A stretch of 64,000 bases of DNA from Colwellia sp. (GTDB taxonomy: Bacteria; Pseudomonadota; Gammaproteobacteria; Enterobacterales; Alteromonadaceae), in assembly GCA_013215385.1 (NCBI GenBank), contig JABSOY010000020.1, positions 26,511 to 90,510 of the forward strand, given 5' to 3'. Positions 41,327 to 51,369 of this stretch are shown piece after piece. The position numbers were made by a program, and so were the translations under genes. The stretch's first letter is position 1. Each line of letters starts with the position of its first letter. The notes under the pieces were generated by a model. That model saw only the letters and a list, made by a program, of their open reading frames with translations. It was not told where the DNA came from and searched no databases.

Positions 41327-42126
41327 CAATAAAGGTATTAATTGTTGATGATGAACCTTTGGCTCGAGAAGGCGTAGCTCTGCACTTACAAGATGAAAAA
41401 GAGTTCTCTATCGTTGGCGAATGTGAAAATGGTAGTGATGCTATAAGGTCTATATTGTCATTAAAACCTGATTTGGTTTTTCTTGATATTAAAATGCCGA
41501 AAGTAAATGGTTTTGACGTTGTGAATGCGGTGGGTAGCCAACATATGCCGCCAGTAATTTTCTTAACGGCTTATGATGAATACGCCATAGAGGCATTTAA
41601 TACTCATGCCATTGACTATTTGCTCAAACCCATAGACAAAGTTCGTTTTAAAGAAAGTTTAGACCATGCCCGTGACCAAATTCTAAAAAATGCGATTTCA
41701 CAACGTAGTGCACAGCTCACCCAACTATTAAGCCAGACGCAAGGCCTAAGTACATTGCCTACACCAACCAGCCAAACATCGTCATTGGTTCAAAATGAAC
41801 GTTTAGTGATTCGATCTAATGGTCATGTTTATTTACTTAAGTCTGAAGATATTTACTGGATTGAAGCAGAAGGTGATTATGTCTCCGTACACACCCCACA
41901 AAAGTCACACCTTGTCCGTGAAACGATGAAGAATATGGAAGCGCGTTTGAATGAACAAGGATTTCAGCGCGTCCATCGCTCTAGCATCGTAAATTTGAGC
42001 TACGTAAGTGAACTCATTAGTTTAGACAGTGGCGATTATCAAATCATTTTACGTGACAATACCAAGGTAAAATTGAGCCGGAATTACCGAGATACTCTAT
42101 ACCAAAGGCTTAATGCCACACCTTAA
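41323..42126 (+). CDS. LytTR-family response regulator
   Basis: Receiver domain VLIVDDEPLAR...DLVFLDIKMP. The C-terminal part is a LytTR DNA-binding domain (FQRVHRSSIVNL). An ATGA overlap couples it to the kinase gene. Confidence 0.9.
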   Translation: MTIKVLIVDDEPLAREGVALHLQDEKEFSIVGECENGSDAIRSILSLKPDLVFLDIKMPKVNGFDVVNAVGSQHMPPVIFLTAYDEYAIEAFNTHAIDYLLKPIDKVRFKESLDHARDQILKNAISQRSAQLTQLLSQTQGLSTLPTPTSQTSSLVQNERLVIRSNGHVYLLKSEDIYWIEAEGDYVSVHTPQKSHLVRETMKNMEARLNEQGFQRVHRSSIVNLSYVSELISLDSGDYQIILRDNTKVKLSRNYRDTLYQRLNATP

Positions 42127-42130
42127 CAAT

Positions 42131-42169
42131 ACACTTAAGTAACACACTTAAGTAACACGCTTAAGTAAA
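42131..42169. repeat. 13-bp tandem repeat x3 (ACACTTAAGTAAC)
   Basis: Copies at 42131-42143, 42144-42156 and 42157-42169 (the last degenerate), directly downstream of the LytTR gene. Confidence 0.8.
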
Positions 42170-42196
42170 TAAAATTGACCATATTTACAGGATGCT

Positions 42197-42718
42197 ATGA
42201 AAACTCTAACGATTGTTATCACCCTCTTCTTTTTACTCCTGCAACCAAGGGCATACGGCATGTCGGGCTCAATTGACAACATCAAAAATTTTAGCTTATT
42301 ATCTTCAACGTTAGCAAGTTCAGGTATGCCTAACCCATCTGAATTCCAACTGGTTAAGCAAAATGGTTATCTGCATGTGATTAATCTTATTCCTGGCGAT
42401 TTTAGTATTGAGAATAAGGAAATAACGGCTCTTAAGATGTCATTTGACCAAATAGCAGTAGACTGGAGCGAGCCAACCTTGGCAGATTTTCAACAGTTTG
42501 TCCGATTAATGAAGGCATATAAGCAAGATAAAGTATTGGTACATTGTCGGTTAAATTATCGGGCATCGGCATTTGCCTACCTTTATCAAACCACACAATT
42601 AGGTGTACATGAAGCTACGGCCCAAAGCCAGATGCAAGCTATCTGGCAGCCCAACGATATATGGCTTGAGTTCATCAATGATGTACAAGCTCACTACCAG
42701 ACTACAAGTAAGAAATAG
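42197..42718 (+). CDS. exported DUF442 / protein-tyrosine-phosphatase-like protein
   Basis: Signal peptide present. The P-loop-like motif is VLVHCRLNYRAS. Confidence 0.6.
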   Translation: MKTLTIVITLFFLLLQPRAYGMSGSIDNIKNFSLLSSTLASSGMPNPSEFQLVKQNGYLHVINLIPGDFSIENKEITALKMSFDQIAVDWSEPTLADFQQFVRLMKAYKQDKVLVHCRLNYRASAFAYLYQTTQLGVHEATAQSQMQAIWQPNDIWLEFINDVQAHYQTTSKK

Positions 42719-42870
42719 AAATAGACCAAATTAAAATGCAAACCCGAACTCTTTCATCGACAAAATCTGCTGTTCATCCATAACTAACTGAACTTCGCCG
42801 ATTGGCTCGGTATCAAGATTAAAACACCGTTAAGCTTGGCTCATCTTTAAAATGAGCAATACGGTGATAA

Positions 42871-44130
42871 ATGCAAACTATTCTTGAGTCACAAAACAGT
42901 GATACAAAACCAATAAAACGTTACCTTATAATTGGTACCTTCCTCTTTTTGTTACTGACTTGGCTGATCAATTCATTTTTCTTTAATTCTGCTAACAGCA
43001 ACTCGGTTATATCAGCTGAAGGTTTAGCTATAACTACGGTAAAGTCAGGAGATTTAATTCAGGATGTAAGAGCCCCTGGCAATCTTGTGGCAATAAACAG
43101 AAAATGGCTGTCATCTCGAGTAAGTGCAAAAGTAATCAAACGTGTGCTTGAACCCGGAGCCATAGTAACCCCGATGAGTATCATTTTAAAATTATCATCT
43201 CCTGAGCTTACCCAAGAATATAAACGCGTAAAAATCGAATACAAAATAGCGCAAGCCCAACTCGATGCGCTAAAAGAAATTCAGATCACCGAAAGACAGA
43301 AAAAACATGCCGATGTACAGTTGCTGGAAGTTGAAAAACAACAAGCGATTGAAGACGCCGAAGCCAAAAGACAACTCAGAATCACTAAAATAATCCCACT
43401 GTATCAATATAGTGAAGCGGTATTACGTGAGAAGAAATTAACACTGCAACTAGAAATTGCCCAATTCGAACTAAAACAAATACCCAGACTACAAACCAGC
43501 TTGCTCAGAGTTGAACAAGCAAAAGTAGAACAACAGTTATTGCGCGTTTCTTTATTAGAAGAACAAGTAGGTCGACTCAACGTGCGTGCACAAATGCATG
43601 GCGTATTACAAAGTATCTCGGTCGAGGAAGGTCAAGAAATATCCCAAGGAACAGAATTAGCAAGAGTTGCCGATCAGAAAAATTTAAAAGCTGAACTTAG
43701 AGTACAAGAAAGCCAAGCCAAAGATATTAAAATAGGTCAAATTGTTGAAATTGATACTCGACGCAGCAAAATTAGCGGCATTGTTTATCGTATAGACCCT
43801 GCGGTTGTGAACGGCACTGTTACTGTCGATGTTCAGTTACCCAAAAGCTTACCCAGTGAAGCCCGCCCTGATCTTAGAGTAAATGGCACCATCGAAATTA
43901 AACGCTTAGAAAACGTATTATTAATTGATAAACCTAGCCACTGGCAAGAATCTAGCACCGTCTATTTATTTAAACTCACTAGCGATTCCCAAGCAGTGAG
44001 AACCAAAGTGGTTATCGGTGCCAGCTCGACCACATCGATACAACTTCTTAGTGGTTTAACACAAGGCGAGCAAGTCATCGTGTCTGATACCTCTAACTTA
44101 CAGCAATATCCATTATTAACGATTAATTGA
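42871..44130 (+). CDS. HlyD/MacA-type periplasmic adaptor
   Basis: It has an N-terminal TM, a long coiled coil (AQAQLDALKE...) and a C-terminal beta-barrel region. The ABC ATPase and permease genes lie downstream. Confidence 0.8.
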   Translation: MQTILESQNSDTKPIKRYLIIGTFLFLLLTWLINSFFFNSANSNSVISAEGLAITTVKSGDLIQDVRAPGNLVAINRKWLSSRVSAKVIKRVLEPGAIVTPMSIILKLSSPELTQEYKRVKIEYKIAQAQLDALKEIQITERQKKHADVQLLEVEKQQAIEDAEAKRQLRITKIIPLYQYSEAVLREKKLTLQLEIAQFELKQIPRLQTSLLRVEQAKVEQQLLRVSLLEEQVGRLNVRAQMHGVLQSISVEEGQEISQGTELARVADQKNLKAELRVQESQAKDIKIGQIVEIDTRRSKISGIVYRIDPAVVNGTVTVDVQLPKSLPSEARPDLRVNGTIEIKRLENVLLIDKPSHWQESSTVYLFKLTSDSQAVRTKVVIGASSTTSIQLLSGLTQGEQVIVSDTSNLQQYPLLTIN

Positions 44131-44256
44131 TCAACAAACCTTAGCTTTCAAAGTAATTAGATAGCTGCGATGAGTTTGCTAACTCATCGCTAAATTTAAC
44201 GATAGCGCAGTGCTAGCAAATTAAATAAAACAAATTTACCCCTAGGGAATTCAATA

Positions 44257-45030
44257 ATGACTAACAAAAAAACACTCATCAAAATAACAAACCTCAATAA
44301 AATTTATCACACCGATGGTATTGAAACTAATGCCTTAAAAAATGTCAATTTAACGATATCAGAAGGTGATTATGTGACGATACAAGGGCCATCTGGCGGA
44401 GGAAAGTCTACCTTGCTTGCTATTATTGGTTTACTTGATAAAGCCACTAGTGGTGATTATCAAATTAGTAATTATTCGGTAGAAAGCTTAACCGGCTCAC
44501 AAATGGCAAAAGTAAGAAATAGAGAAATAGGATTTATTTTTCAAGACTTTAATTTAATTGGCGACATGACCGTCAGTCAAAATGTTGAATTACCCTTGGT
44601 TTATCGCGGTATTAAAAAATCAGTAAGAACAGCCAAAGTTGCAGAAGTATTAAAACGAGTAAACATGTCCCAAAGAGCTAAACATTTACCTAATCAATTA
44701 TCAGGTGGCCAACAACAACGGGTTGCGGTTGCAAGAGCTTTAGTTGGCAGTCCAACCTTATTACTTGCCGATGAGCCAACAGGTAATCTTGACTCCATCA
44801 ATGGGGATTCGGTTATGCAACTACTGGGTGAACTTAATGAACAAGGAGTAACCATTTGCATGGTAACTCACGACAGCCGTTATGCTCATTTTGCTAAGCG
44901 CACAATTAATTTATTTGATGGTGAAGTGGTGGAAAGTTCAGTTAACGAACAAGCCAATAAAAACAAAGCTGACACACGAGAAATTGCCGAACTTATCCCC
45001 CGCGAATTGTCAGCAGAAGTAGGTGCATAA
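44257..45030 (+). CDS. ABC transporter ATP-binding protein (MacB/LolD-like)
   Basis: Walker A GPSGGGKST, signature LSGGQQQR and Walker B LLLADEPT. Confidence 0.9.
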   Translation: MTNKKTLIKITNLNKIYHTDGIETNALKNVNLTISEGDYVTIQGPSGGGKSTLLAIIGLLDKATSGDYQISNYSVESLTGSQMAKVRNREIGFIFQDFNLIGDMTVSQNVELPLVYRGIKKSVRTAKVAEVLKRVNMSQRAKHLPNQLSGGQQQRVAVARALVGSPTLLLADEPTGNLDSINGDSVMQLLGELNEQGVTICMVTHDSRYAHFAKRTINLFDGEVVESSVNEQANKNKADTREIAELIPRELSAEVGA

Positions 45031-45032
45031 TT

Positions 45033-47588
45033 ATGTCGCATCTAACTAAGTCGAAAGTAACTATCGCAAATGTAACTATCGAAAATGAAGCTAGCTCAAA
45101 GAATAATGGCCAGACGTCTCCTGATAATGATGATATGACTCAGAACAATTTCATCGAAAATATAATGATCGATGTTCGTTATGCATTTGCGCGCTTTATT
45201 GCTTCGCCCATAACAACCTTCATTATTATCATTACACTGGCACTGAGTATTGGCGCGACTACCGCAATATTTTCAGTGGTCAATGGATTAATGTTTTCAG
45301 CCACTCCATTTAAAGACAGTGCACAGCTGGTCATATTGCAGCAACAAGATTTAAGTAGAGATCAAACCTACGGATTTTCTGCCAGTGAAATGTTGGACTA
45401 TCAAAGTCAATCACAATCCTTTGACAATATGGCTGAATATCACAACATGACGTTTACCATGTATGGCCATGGTGATCCGGTAAGAGTGCGAACCGGAGTA
45501 GTTTCAGCTAACTTTTTCAATCTGTTAGATTTAACGCCAATACTAGGTCGTACTTTTACTGACGCAGAAGATGACTTAGGAGCTGAACCTTTAGTCGTTT
45601 TAACTTATGAGTTTTGGCAAAACGAATTTAATGGTCAAGACGATGTTATCAATAAAAGTGTCGAGTTTAATAACCGCAGCCATAAAATAATTGGTGTTTT
45701 ACCTCATTTTCCACAATTTCCTGATGTTAATGATGTTTACATGGCCATTCCATCATGCCCATGGCGTAGCAGTGAAAATGCAGTATCTAATCGAGCTATG
45801 CGGATGATGTCGGCTTTTGCCAAAATAAAACCTGACTATTCTCTTACTGCAGTAAACACTGAAATGGCTGACATAGCAAAGCGCTTAGGTAATAACTTCC
45901 CTGAAGCCTATGCAGAGAATGCCGAGATTAGTGCAACTGCTCTTTCGCTTAATGATGAACTGGTACGAAGCAGTCGTCCTTATTTATATACCTTGTTAGC
46001 GACAACCTTATTATTATTTTTAATTGCTTCAGCCAATGTGACTAACTTAACCTTGTCACAACATTCAAAACGTAAACGCGAATTTGCCGTACGTGCCTCT
46101 TTAGGTGCGAGTAAAGCAAGGTTAGCGCAATTATTATTAACAGAAAGTTTATTACTCTCATTGTTAGGCGGTGGTTTAGGACTATTATTTGCTTTTCTTG
46201 GCTTAGACTTTCTTAAAGGTTTTGCTGCAAACTTCAGCTCATTAGCGACCGAAATTACTATCGATAGTACGGTAATGTTATTTGCCCTAACCATATCTAC
46301 CGTGTCGGGCATCATCGCAGGCATAGTGCCCAGTTTTGCTAAGGTAAATTTAGTCACTTCCCTTAAAGAAGGTGGTAAGTCTTCATATTCAACCGATCAT
46401 GGTTTTTTACGCAATATCCTATTAATTTGCCAATTTGCTTTGTCATTAACACTATTGATAGCGGCGGGACTAACGATAAAAAGTTTAGATAATTTGCAGA
46501 ACATTGACTCAGGTTTTACCGCAAAAAACGTTAAGACTGCACAATTGGATTTGAATTGGACTGTTTATAACAACGCTCAACAGCAATGGCAATTTTCACA
46601 GCAAGTATTACAAGAAGTTCGTAAGCTTCCTTATATAACGTCGTCGGCATTAAGTTTAACTTATCCTAATGATACAGTTGGTATAAACTTTGGTAGCGTC
46701 CGCCAAGCGATTCAGCTTGACGACCGAGATTATAATCCTGATGAAGTCTTAGCCAATGCTTTTATTCGCCGCATTACTGACGGGTACTTTACGACTATTG
46801 GCAGCACTTTATTATTAGGGAAAGATTTTACTGCCAACGATGACGATAATGCGCCCAACGTTGCCATTATCAATAACAAATTAGCAAAAAAATGGTGGCC
46901 TAATACTAGCGCTATTAATCAAGCTATATCATTAGATCGAGGAGAAAATTGGTTTACTATTGTTGGTGTTATTGAAGACATAAATGAACGTGGGGCATCA
47001 ACTGAGCCAAGTTTTCAAATTTACCTGCCGATGGCACAATCTCCTGTTAGTCATATTGCTATATTAGCCAAGCATAACACCGATACAGCGACAACTTTTA
47101 GGCAAGATATTAAAGGTATTATTGCTCGGCTAGATGACCGCCAGCCGTTATCAAAATTTGAAACTCTGCAACAAGCCGTTGATAACTCGATTTCCCTAGA
47201 AAGATTTTTGGCACAACTGTTAACCATATTTTCGATGATCGCTTTAGTGATCACCGTAAGTGGTGTCAGTGGTGTAATGAGTTACATGGTCAACTTACGT
47301 ACCCGAGAAATAGGCATCAGAATGGCTATTGGCGCTGATAAAATAAAAGTGATTTCGTTAATACTTTTTTATGGTGTAAAACTAACACTGATTGGGTTAA
47401 TAATAGGTCTGGCAGGCGCTTACTTTAGTGGTCGTTGGTTGAGTATTCAGTTATTTGATATTAACGCCTTTGATGCTTTTATCTATGGATCTGCACTATT
47501 AACCTTACTGGTTATCTCTATCATAGCCTGTTTATTACCGGCATGGCGTGCCAGTTCTATCCCGCCAATGCATGCGCTCAAACAGTAA
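45033..47588 (+). CDS. duplicated FtsX/MacB-type ABC permease (ADOP-like)
   Basis: 851 aa. There are two halves, each with an extracytoplasmic domain followed by an FtsX-type TM bundle. It starts 2 nt after the ATPase stop. The N-terminal 45 aa or so are atypical, so the true start may be internal. Confidence 0.8.
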   Translation: MSHLTKSKVTIANVTIENEASSKNNGQTSPDNDDMTQNNFIENIMIDVRYAFARFIASPITTFIIIITLALSIGATTAIFSVVNGLMFSATPFKDSAQLVILQQQDLSRDQTYGFSASEMLDYQSQSQSFDNMAEYHNMTFTMYGHGDPVRVRTGVVSANFFNLLDLTPILGRTFTDAEDDLGAEPLVVLTYEFWQNEFNGQDDVINKSVEFNNRSHKIIGVLPHFPQFPDVNDVYMAIPSCPWRSSENAVSNRAMRMMSAFAKIKPDYSLTAVNTEMADIAKRLGNNFPEAYAENAEISATALSLNDELVRSSRPYLYTLLATTLLLFLIASANVTNLTLSQHSKRKREFAVRASLGASKARLAQLLLTESLLLSLLGGGLGLLFAFLGLDFLKGFAANFSSLATEITIDSTVMLFALTISTVSGIIAGIVPSFAKVNLVTSLKEGGKSSYSTDHGFLRNILLICQFALSLTLLIAAGLTIKSLDNLQNIDSGFTAKNVKTAQLDLNWTVYNNAQQQWQFSQQVLQEVRKLPYITSSALSLTYPNDTVGINFGSVRQAIQLDDRDYNPDEVLANAFIRRITDGYFTTIGSTLLLGKDFTANDDDNAPNVAIINNKLAKKWWPNTSAINQAISLDRGENWFTIVGVIEDINERGASTEPSFQIYLPMAQSPVSHIAILAKHNTDTATTFRQDIKGIIARLDDRQPLSKFETLQQAVDNSISLERFLAQLLTIFSMIALVITVSGVSGVMSYMVNLRTREIGIRMAIGADKIKVISLILFYGVKLTLIGLIIGLAGAYFSGRWLSIQLFDINAFDAFIYGSALLTLLVISIIACLLPAWRASSIPPMHALKQ

Positions 47589-47600
47589 CGTATATTAAGA

Positions 47601-47635
47601 AAAAACCCGTAAGTTAATTAACTTACGGGTTTATT
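47601..47635. terminator. bidirectional rho-independent terminator
   Basis: Perfect 24-nt palindrome CCCGTAAGTTAATTAACTTACGGG (47606-47629), flanked by an A-run and a T-run, between convergent genes. Confidence 0.85.
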
Positions 47636-47673
47636 AAAATAAAACCTGCACCAAGTCTATATGGATTTACGCA

Positions 47674-48144
47674 TTATTGAATTTCCAATAGTGTTATTTC
47701 AAACATAATTAATGAACCAGCCTTTATTTTACCTGAAGTGGTATTGCCGTAAGCTAAATTTGCAGGTATAAAAAATTTGAATTTATCGCCAACAACCATT
47801 AACTGTACACCTTCAGTCCAACCGGGTATCACTTGATTTAAACCAAAGCTAATAGGATTGCCACTTTCTACCGTACTTTCAAAGACAGAGCCATCTAATA
47901 CAGTACCGTGATAATGTACTGTTACTTTTGATGTAGCGGTTGGGTGTTCAGTTCCTTCGCCTTTTTCTAATACTTGGTACTGCAAACCAGAAGCTGTTTC
48001 AACGACATTTTCAAGGGATTTATTTTTTGCTAAAAAATCTTTAGCTATAATCATATTTTCAATTGCTAGTTTTTTATCATTAGAATTTTTAGTAAAGAAG
48101 AATATCGCCAATGCAACAACTATAACCAAAACAACATATTTCAT
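47674..48144 (-). CDS. FKBP-type peptidyl-prolyl cis-trans isomerase
   Basis: GLQYQVLEKGEG...VHYHGTVLDGSVFES...VIPGWTEG...IPANLAYG, with an N-terminal membrane anchor. Confidence 0.9.
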   Translation of the reverse strand: MKYVVLVIVVALAIFFFTKNSNDKKLAIENMIIAKDFLAKNKSLENVVETASGLQYQVLEKGEGTEHPTATSKVTVHYHGTVLDGSVFESTVESGNPISFGLNQVIPGWTEGVQLMVVGDKFKFFIPANLAYGNTTSGKIKAGSLIMFEITLLEIQ

Positions 48145-48412
48145 GATTTATTCCATAAATTTAAAGTGTTGTGCATTCTAGCACTCAGTTCTTTGATATA
48201 TAAAACTAATTAAATCATTAATACCCTAATAGTATAAAGTACGGGGCAATCTGAGGTATTTAGCCAATTTTACTAAAAAGGCACTTTATGCACAGGGTAA
48301 AAAAAGCCAAGCGGGGTTTTAATTATAAATAGCTATAGTCTAAAGAGACGAGCTAAGTTTCGTTCAAGCTTTCAGCCCCAAAAGAGCATGATCAATCAAA
48401 ATGGTTATTACA

Positions 48413-48874
48413 ATGAAAACACTGCTAATTGTAGCGCATGCGCCTTCTAAAAATACGCAATTAATGGTTAATGCTGTTTTGAAAGGAGCACAGCACCCTG
48501 ATATTGAACAGGTTCACACACATTGGATCCCACCATTAGAAGCCACACCCGAAGATGTATTAGCCTGCGATGCGATAATTATGGGCACGACTGAAAACCT
48601 TGCTTATATGAGTGGTGCTTTGAAAGATTTTTTTGATCGCTGTTATTACCCTTGTTTGGAAATAAAACAAGGCTTGCCCTGTGCTTTATATGTTCGTGCA
48701 GGAAATGATGGCACAGGAACATGCCGAGCTGTCGAGTCGATTTGTACAGGTTTGCGTTGGCACTGGATCCAACCACCATTAGTGTGCCGAGGAAACTGGC
48801 AAACAACATTTCTTGACCAATGTGAAGAACTCGGCATGACGATGGCAGCCGGACTTGATGTTGGGATCTATTAA
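48413..48874 (+). CDS. flavodoxin-like fold NAD(P)H-dependent oxidoreductase
   Basis: The ATG at 48413 gives MKTLLIVAHAPSKNTQ. The size and pattern fit flavodoxin-like FMN reductases. Confidence 0.65.
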   Translation: MKTLLIVAHAPSKNTQLMVNAVLKGAQHPDIEQVHTHWIPPLEATPEDVLACDAIIMGTTENLAYMSGALKDFFDRCYYPCLEIKQGLPCALYVRAGNDGTGTCRAVESICTGLRWHWIQPPLVCRGNWQTTFLDQCEELGMTMAAGLDVGIY

Positions 48875-49002
48875 TCCGAATTAAATGTAGCCTGTTATTT
48901 GTTAGCTTTAACGAACATCTCCTGCTTATGGGCTAGCGGTAAAATTAAAAATAGACTGATAAAAACAGTAATAACCGTGATGATTGAATGTTCAGCTCCA
49001 GG

Positions 49003-49230
49003 TCAAAATCCACCGTCAACTATTAATACCGGTCCATTATAGCGACTCACGATAGGAGCACTGGCACGCCAATGTTCATCCAATATTCCGCTAGTAAAAA
49101 CAGCATATAGCCATGCGCCATTAGCTCATGCCATAGATTACGTGACAATTGATAAAGTGTTTACTTCACGATAATGGTAGAATAGCCCTTTAAATACTGA
49201 ATATTACTGTCTAAAACTATCGTTTTGTCC
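49003..49230 (-). pseudogene. decayed short-chain dehydrogenase/reductase (SDR) remnant
   Basis: The minus strand reads ...PIVSRYNGPVLIVDGGF* (SDR C-terminal xVDGG motif). In another frame upstream it reads LSRNLWHELMAHGYMLFLLAEYWMNIG, which resembles the SDR LxxELAxxGIRVNxxxPG segment. The frame is broken and there is no start codon. Confidence 0.4.
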
Positions 49231-49278
49231 GCATTGACGACATTTATCAGTTGTTATTCTAACGTTAGTTTTGTGTGC

Positions 49279-50211
49279 TTACTTGACTCTAGTTGCTTCA
49301 ATCTTTTTAACTATCTTTTCACACATAAGATGACTAGCTAAAATATTTTGTAATCGTTGTATATTTGCAGTGCCTAATTTCACATCAATAAGCCAGTCTT
49401 CGATCATCGCTTCAAAGCCACGAGTATATAAGTGGCTCTGCCAGTCATTAAAGCCTAATTGAGTTACATTTCCTGATTGATAATGCTCACCTCTAACTAA
49501 ACCTTTGATTTGGTATTTTTCATTAGCTAAGAATAAATCTAGCTGTTCTTCGGTAGAGCCACTTAAACGGTTCATTGAACCTTCAACTAAAGTATTATCA
49601 TGCTTAAATTGAATATGAACATTGGCGAGTAAATCACCTTTCATAAATGAATTTACATTTATTTCGTTAGGAATCTCGGTTGGAGCTAACTGAGCCAAAA
49701 AGCGAAGGCCATCAACTAAATGTATAAAATCATTATAAATAAATTCACGAGGTATTGCAGGCAGTGCGACACGGTTTTTTTGCCAACGAATATGAATCGC
49801 TTCTTTGTTTTCTAAAGGCACGATAAGTGGCGAAAATCGACGATTAAAACCAACGTAAAGTGGCAAGTTTTTTGTCAGAGCTAAAGTAATTAATGCTTCA
49901 CATTCTTCAAATAAAAAGCTTAAAGGTTTATCAACAAAGGTAGGGATACCTGCATGTAAGCATTTTTGTGCTATTGAAAAATGACTTGTTGTTGAAGTAT
50001 GGATCATTACCGCATCAGGCTTACTGTTAATGAGTTCTTCTATGTCAGTATAAACTTCATCAATGCGGTATTTTTTCTTCAATTCCATGAGTATAGAAAC
50101 ATTTCTGGTGCATAATATTGGTTGAATGTCTTTATGATTGGCAACTATAGGTAAATATGCTTTTTGAGCGATATCGCCTAAGCCAATCAGTGCAATACGA
50201 AGTTTTTTCAA
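49279..50211 (-). CDS. Gfo/Idh/MocA family oxidoreductase
   Basis: N-terminal Rossmann motif LRIALIGLGDIAQKAYLP. The family motif EKP appears as VDKPL. Length is 310 aa. Confidence 0.85.
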   Translation of the reverse strand: MKKLRIALIGLGDIAQKAYLPIVANHKDIQPILCTRNVSILMELKKKYRIDEVYTDIEELINSKPDAVMIHTSTTSHFSIAQKCLHAGIPTFVDKPLSFLFEECEALITLALTKNLPLYVGFNRRFSPLIVPLENKEAIHIRWQKNRVALPAIPREFIYNDFIHLVDGLRFLAQLAPTEIPNEINVNSFMKGDLLANVHIQFKHDNTLVEGSMNRLSGSTEEQLDLFLANEKYQIKGLVRGEHYQSGNVTQLGFNDWQSHLYTRGFEAMIEDWLIDVKLGTANIQRLQNILASHLMCEKIVKKIEATRVK

Positions 50212-50605
50212 GATGATTTTTAGATCCAGTTAAAATATTGTTATTGATATGATGAGGACATTATTAAATGTTTTCAATAGCCAAGGTCTGTTATGTAGCA
50301 ACATTAGATCATAAATCTAAGCTGTAATTAGCGCGGTAAAACTTACAGAGAATACTGAACTTAAGTAATGTCAAAATGAAGCTATAAGTCTTTATTCTTA
50401 AAAGTGATAATGTCAGCTTTCGTATCTAAACTGACTCTCATGAGAGAATATCTTGGTCCACAAAAAGTCGTTCCAGCTTCATTATAACTGTCTAGATCTA
50501 TATTGGGGTGTTTAACTCTACGCTGTCCGTTAAGCACATCATTTACAACCTACCTATCGGTCGGTTAGAATAGAGTTTATTCAAGCAGTAAATAAAGTAG
50601 TTAAA

Positions 50606-51193
50606 ATGAGAGACGCAGAATTAACCCGACAAAAAATATTAGAAATAAGTGCTGATGAAATTCATAAAAATGGCTTCATCGCAACCAGCTTGTCTTGTAT
50701 TTTAGCGCGCTGTGAAGTTTCTAAAGGCGCTTTATACCATCATTTTAAAAATAAAATGGAATTGGGTTACGCTGTTTTTGAAGAAATTTATACCCCAATG
50801 TTTTTAGAGCTATGGCAACCTGCAGTAGAAGTTGAAGATCCAATAGAAGGTTTGTGTGAATTTTTTACCGCCATGTATGAAGAAGGCAGTTGCGACGAAA
50901 TTGTTTGTGGTTGCCCTTTAAATAACCTTTGCCAAGAAATGTCAGCTATTGATGAAGGCTTTCGTTTACGTATTTTAAATATGCAACAACAGCTGAATCA
51001 ACTTATTTCTTTAAACTTGCAACGAGTGGCTAGCCAACTTCGTGATGATATTGACGTTAGCCAAGTCGCTTATTTTATTGTGGCTAGTTTTCATGGTTCA
51101 TCGAGTTTAAGTAAAAGTTCGAAAAACAAAGATCTTTTTGAAAAAGTAATTAAAGAACTGTGTTCTTATATCCGTCACCTTCGTATTAGTTAG
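50606..51193 (+). CDS. TetR/AcrR family transcriptional regulator
   Basis: N-terminal HTH KILEISADEIHKNGFIATSLSCILARCEVSKGALYHHFKNK. Confidence 0.9.
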   Translation: MRDAELTRQKILEISADEIHKNGFIATSLSCILARCEVSKGALYHHFKNKMELGYAVFEEIYTPMFLELWQPAVEVEDPIEGLCEFFTAMYEEGSCDEIVCGCPLNNLCQEMSAIDEGFRLRILNMQQQLNQLISLNLQRVASQLRDDIDVSQVAYFIVASFHGSSSLSKSSKNKDLFEKVIKELCSYIRHLRIS

Positions 51194-51369
51194 TCCCTCT
51201 TTCTATAGTTCCAACGACTTATTCAGTCTTTCTCATCTCATCCTATATTGTAAATAATTATTAATAGGATGATTTAATTATTTACATACCGCTTGGTCGG
51301 TAAGTATAATATCCTCTATTACAGAGATTGAAGTTAGCATCTCATCACTTTTTTACAATGGACAGGAAA

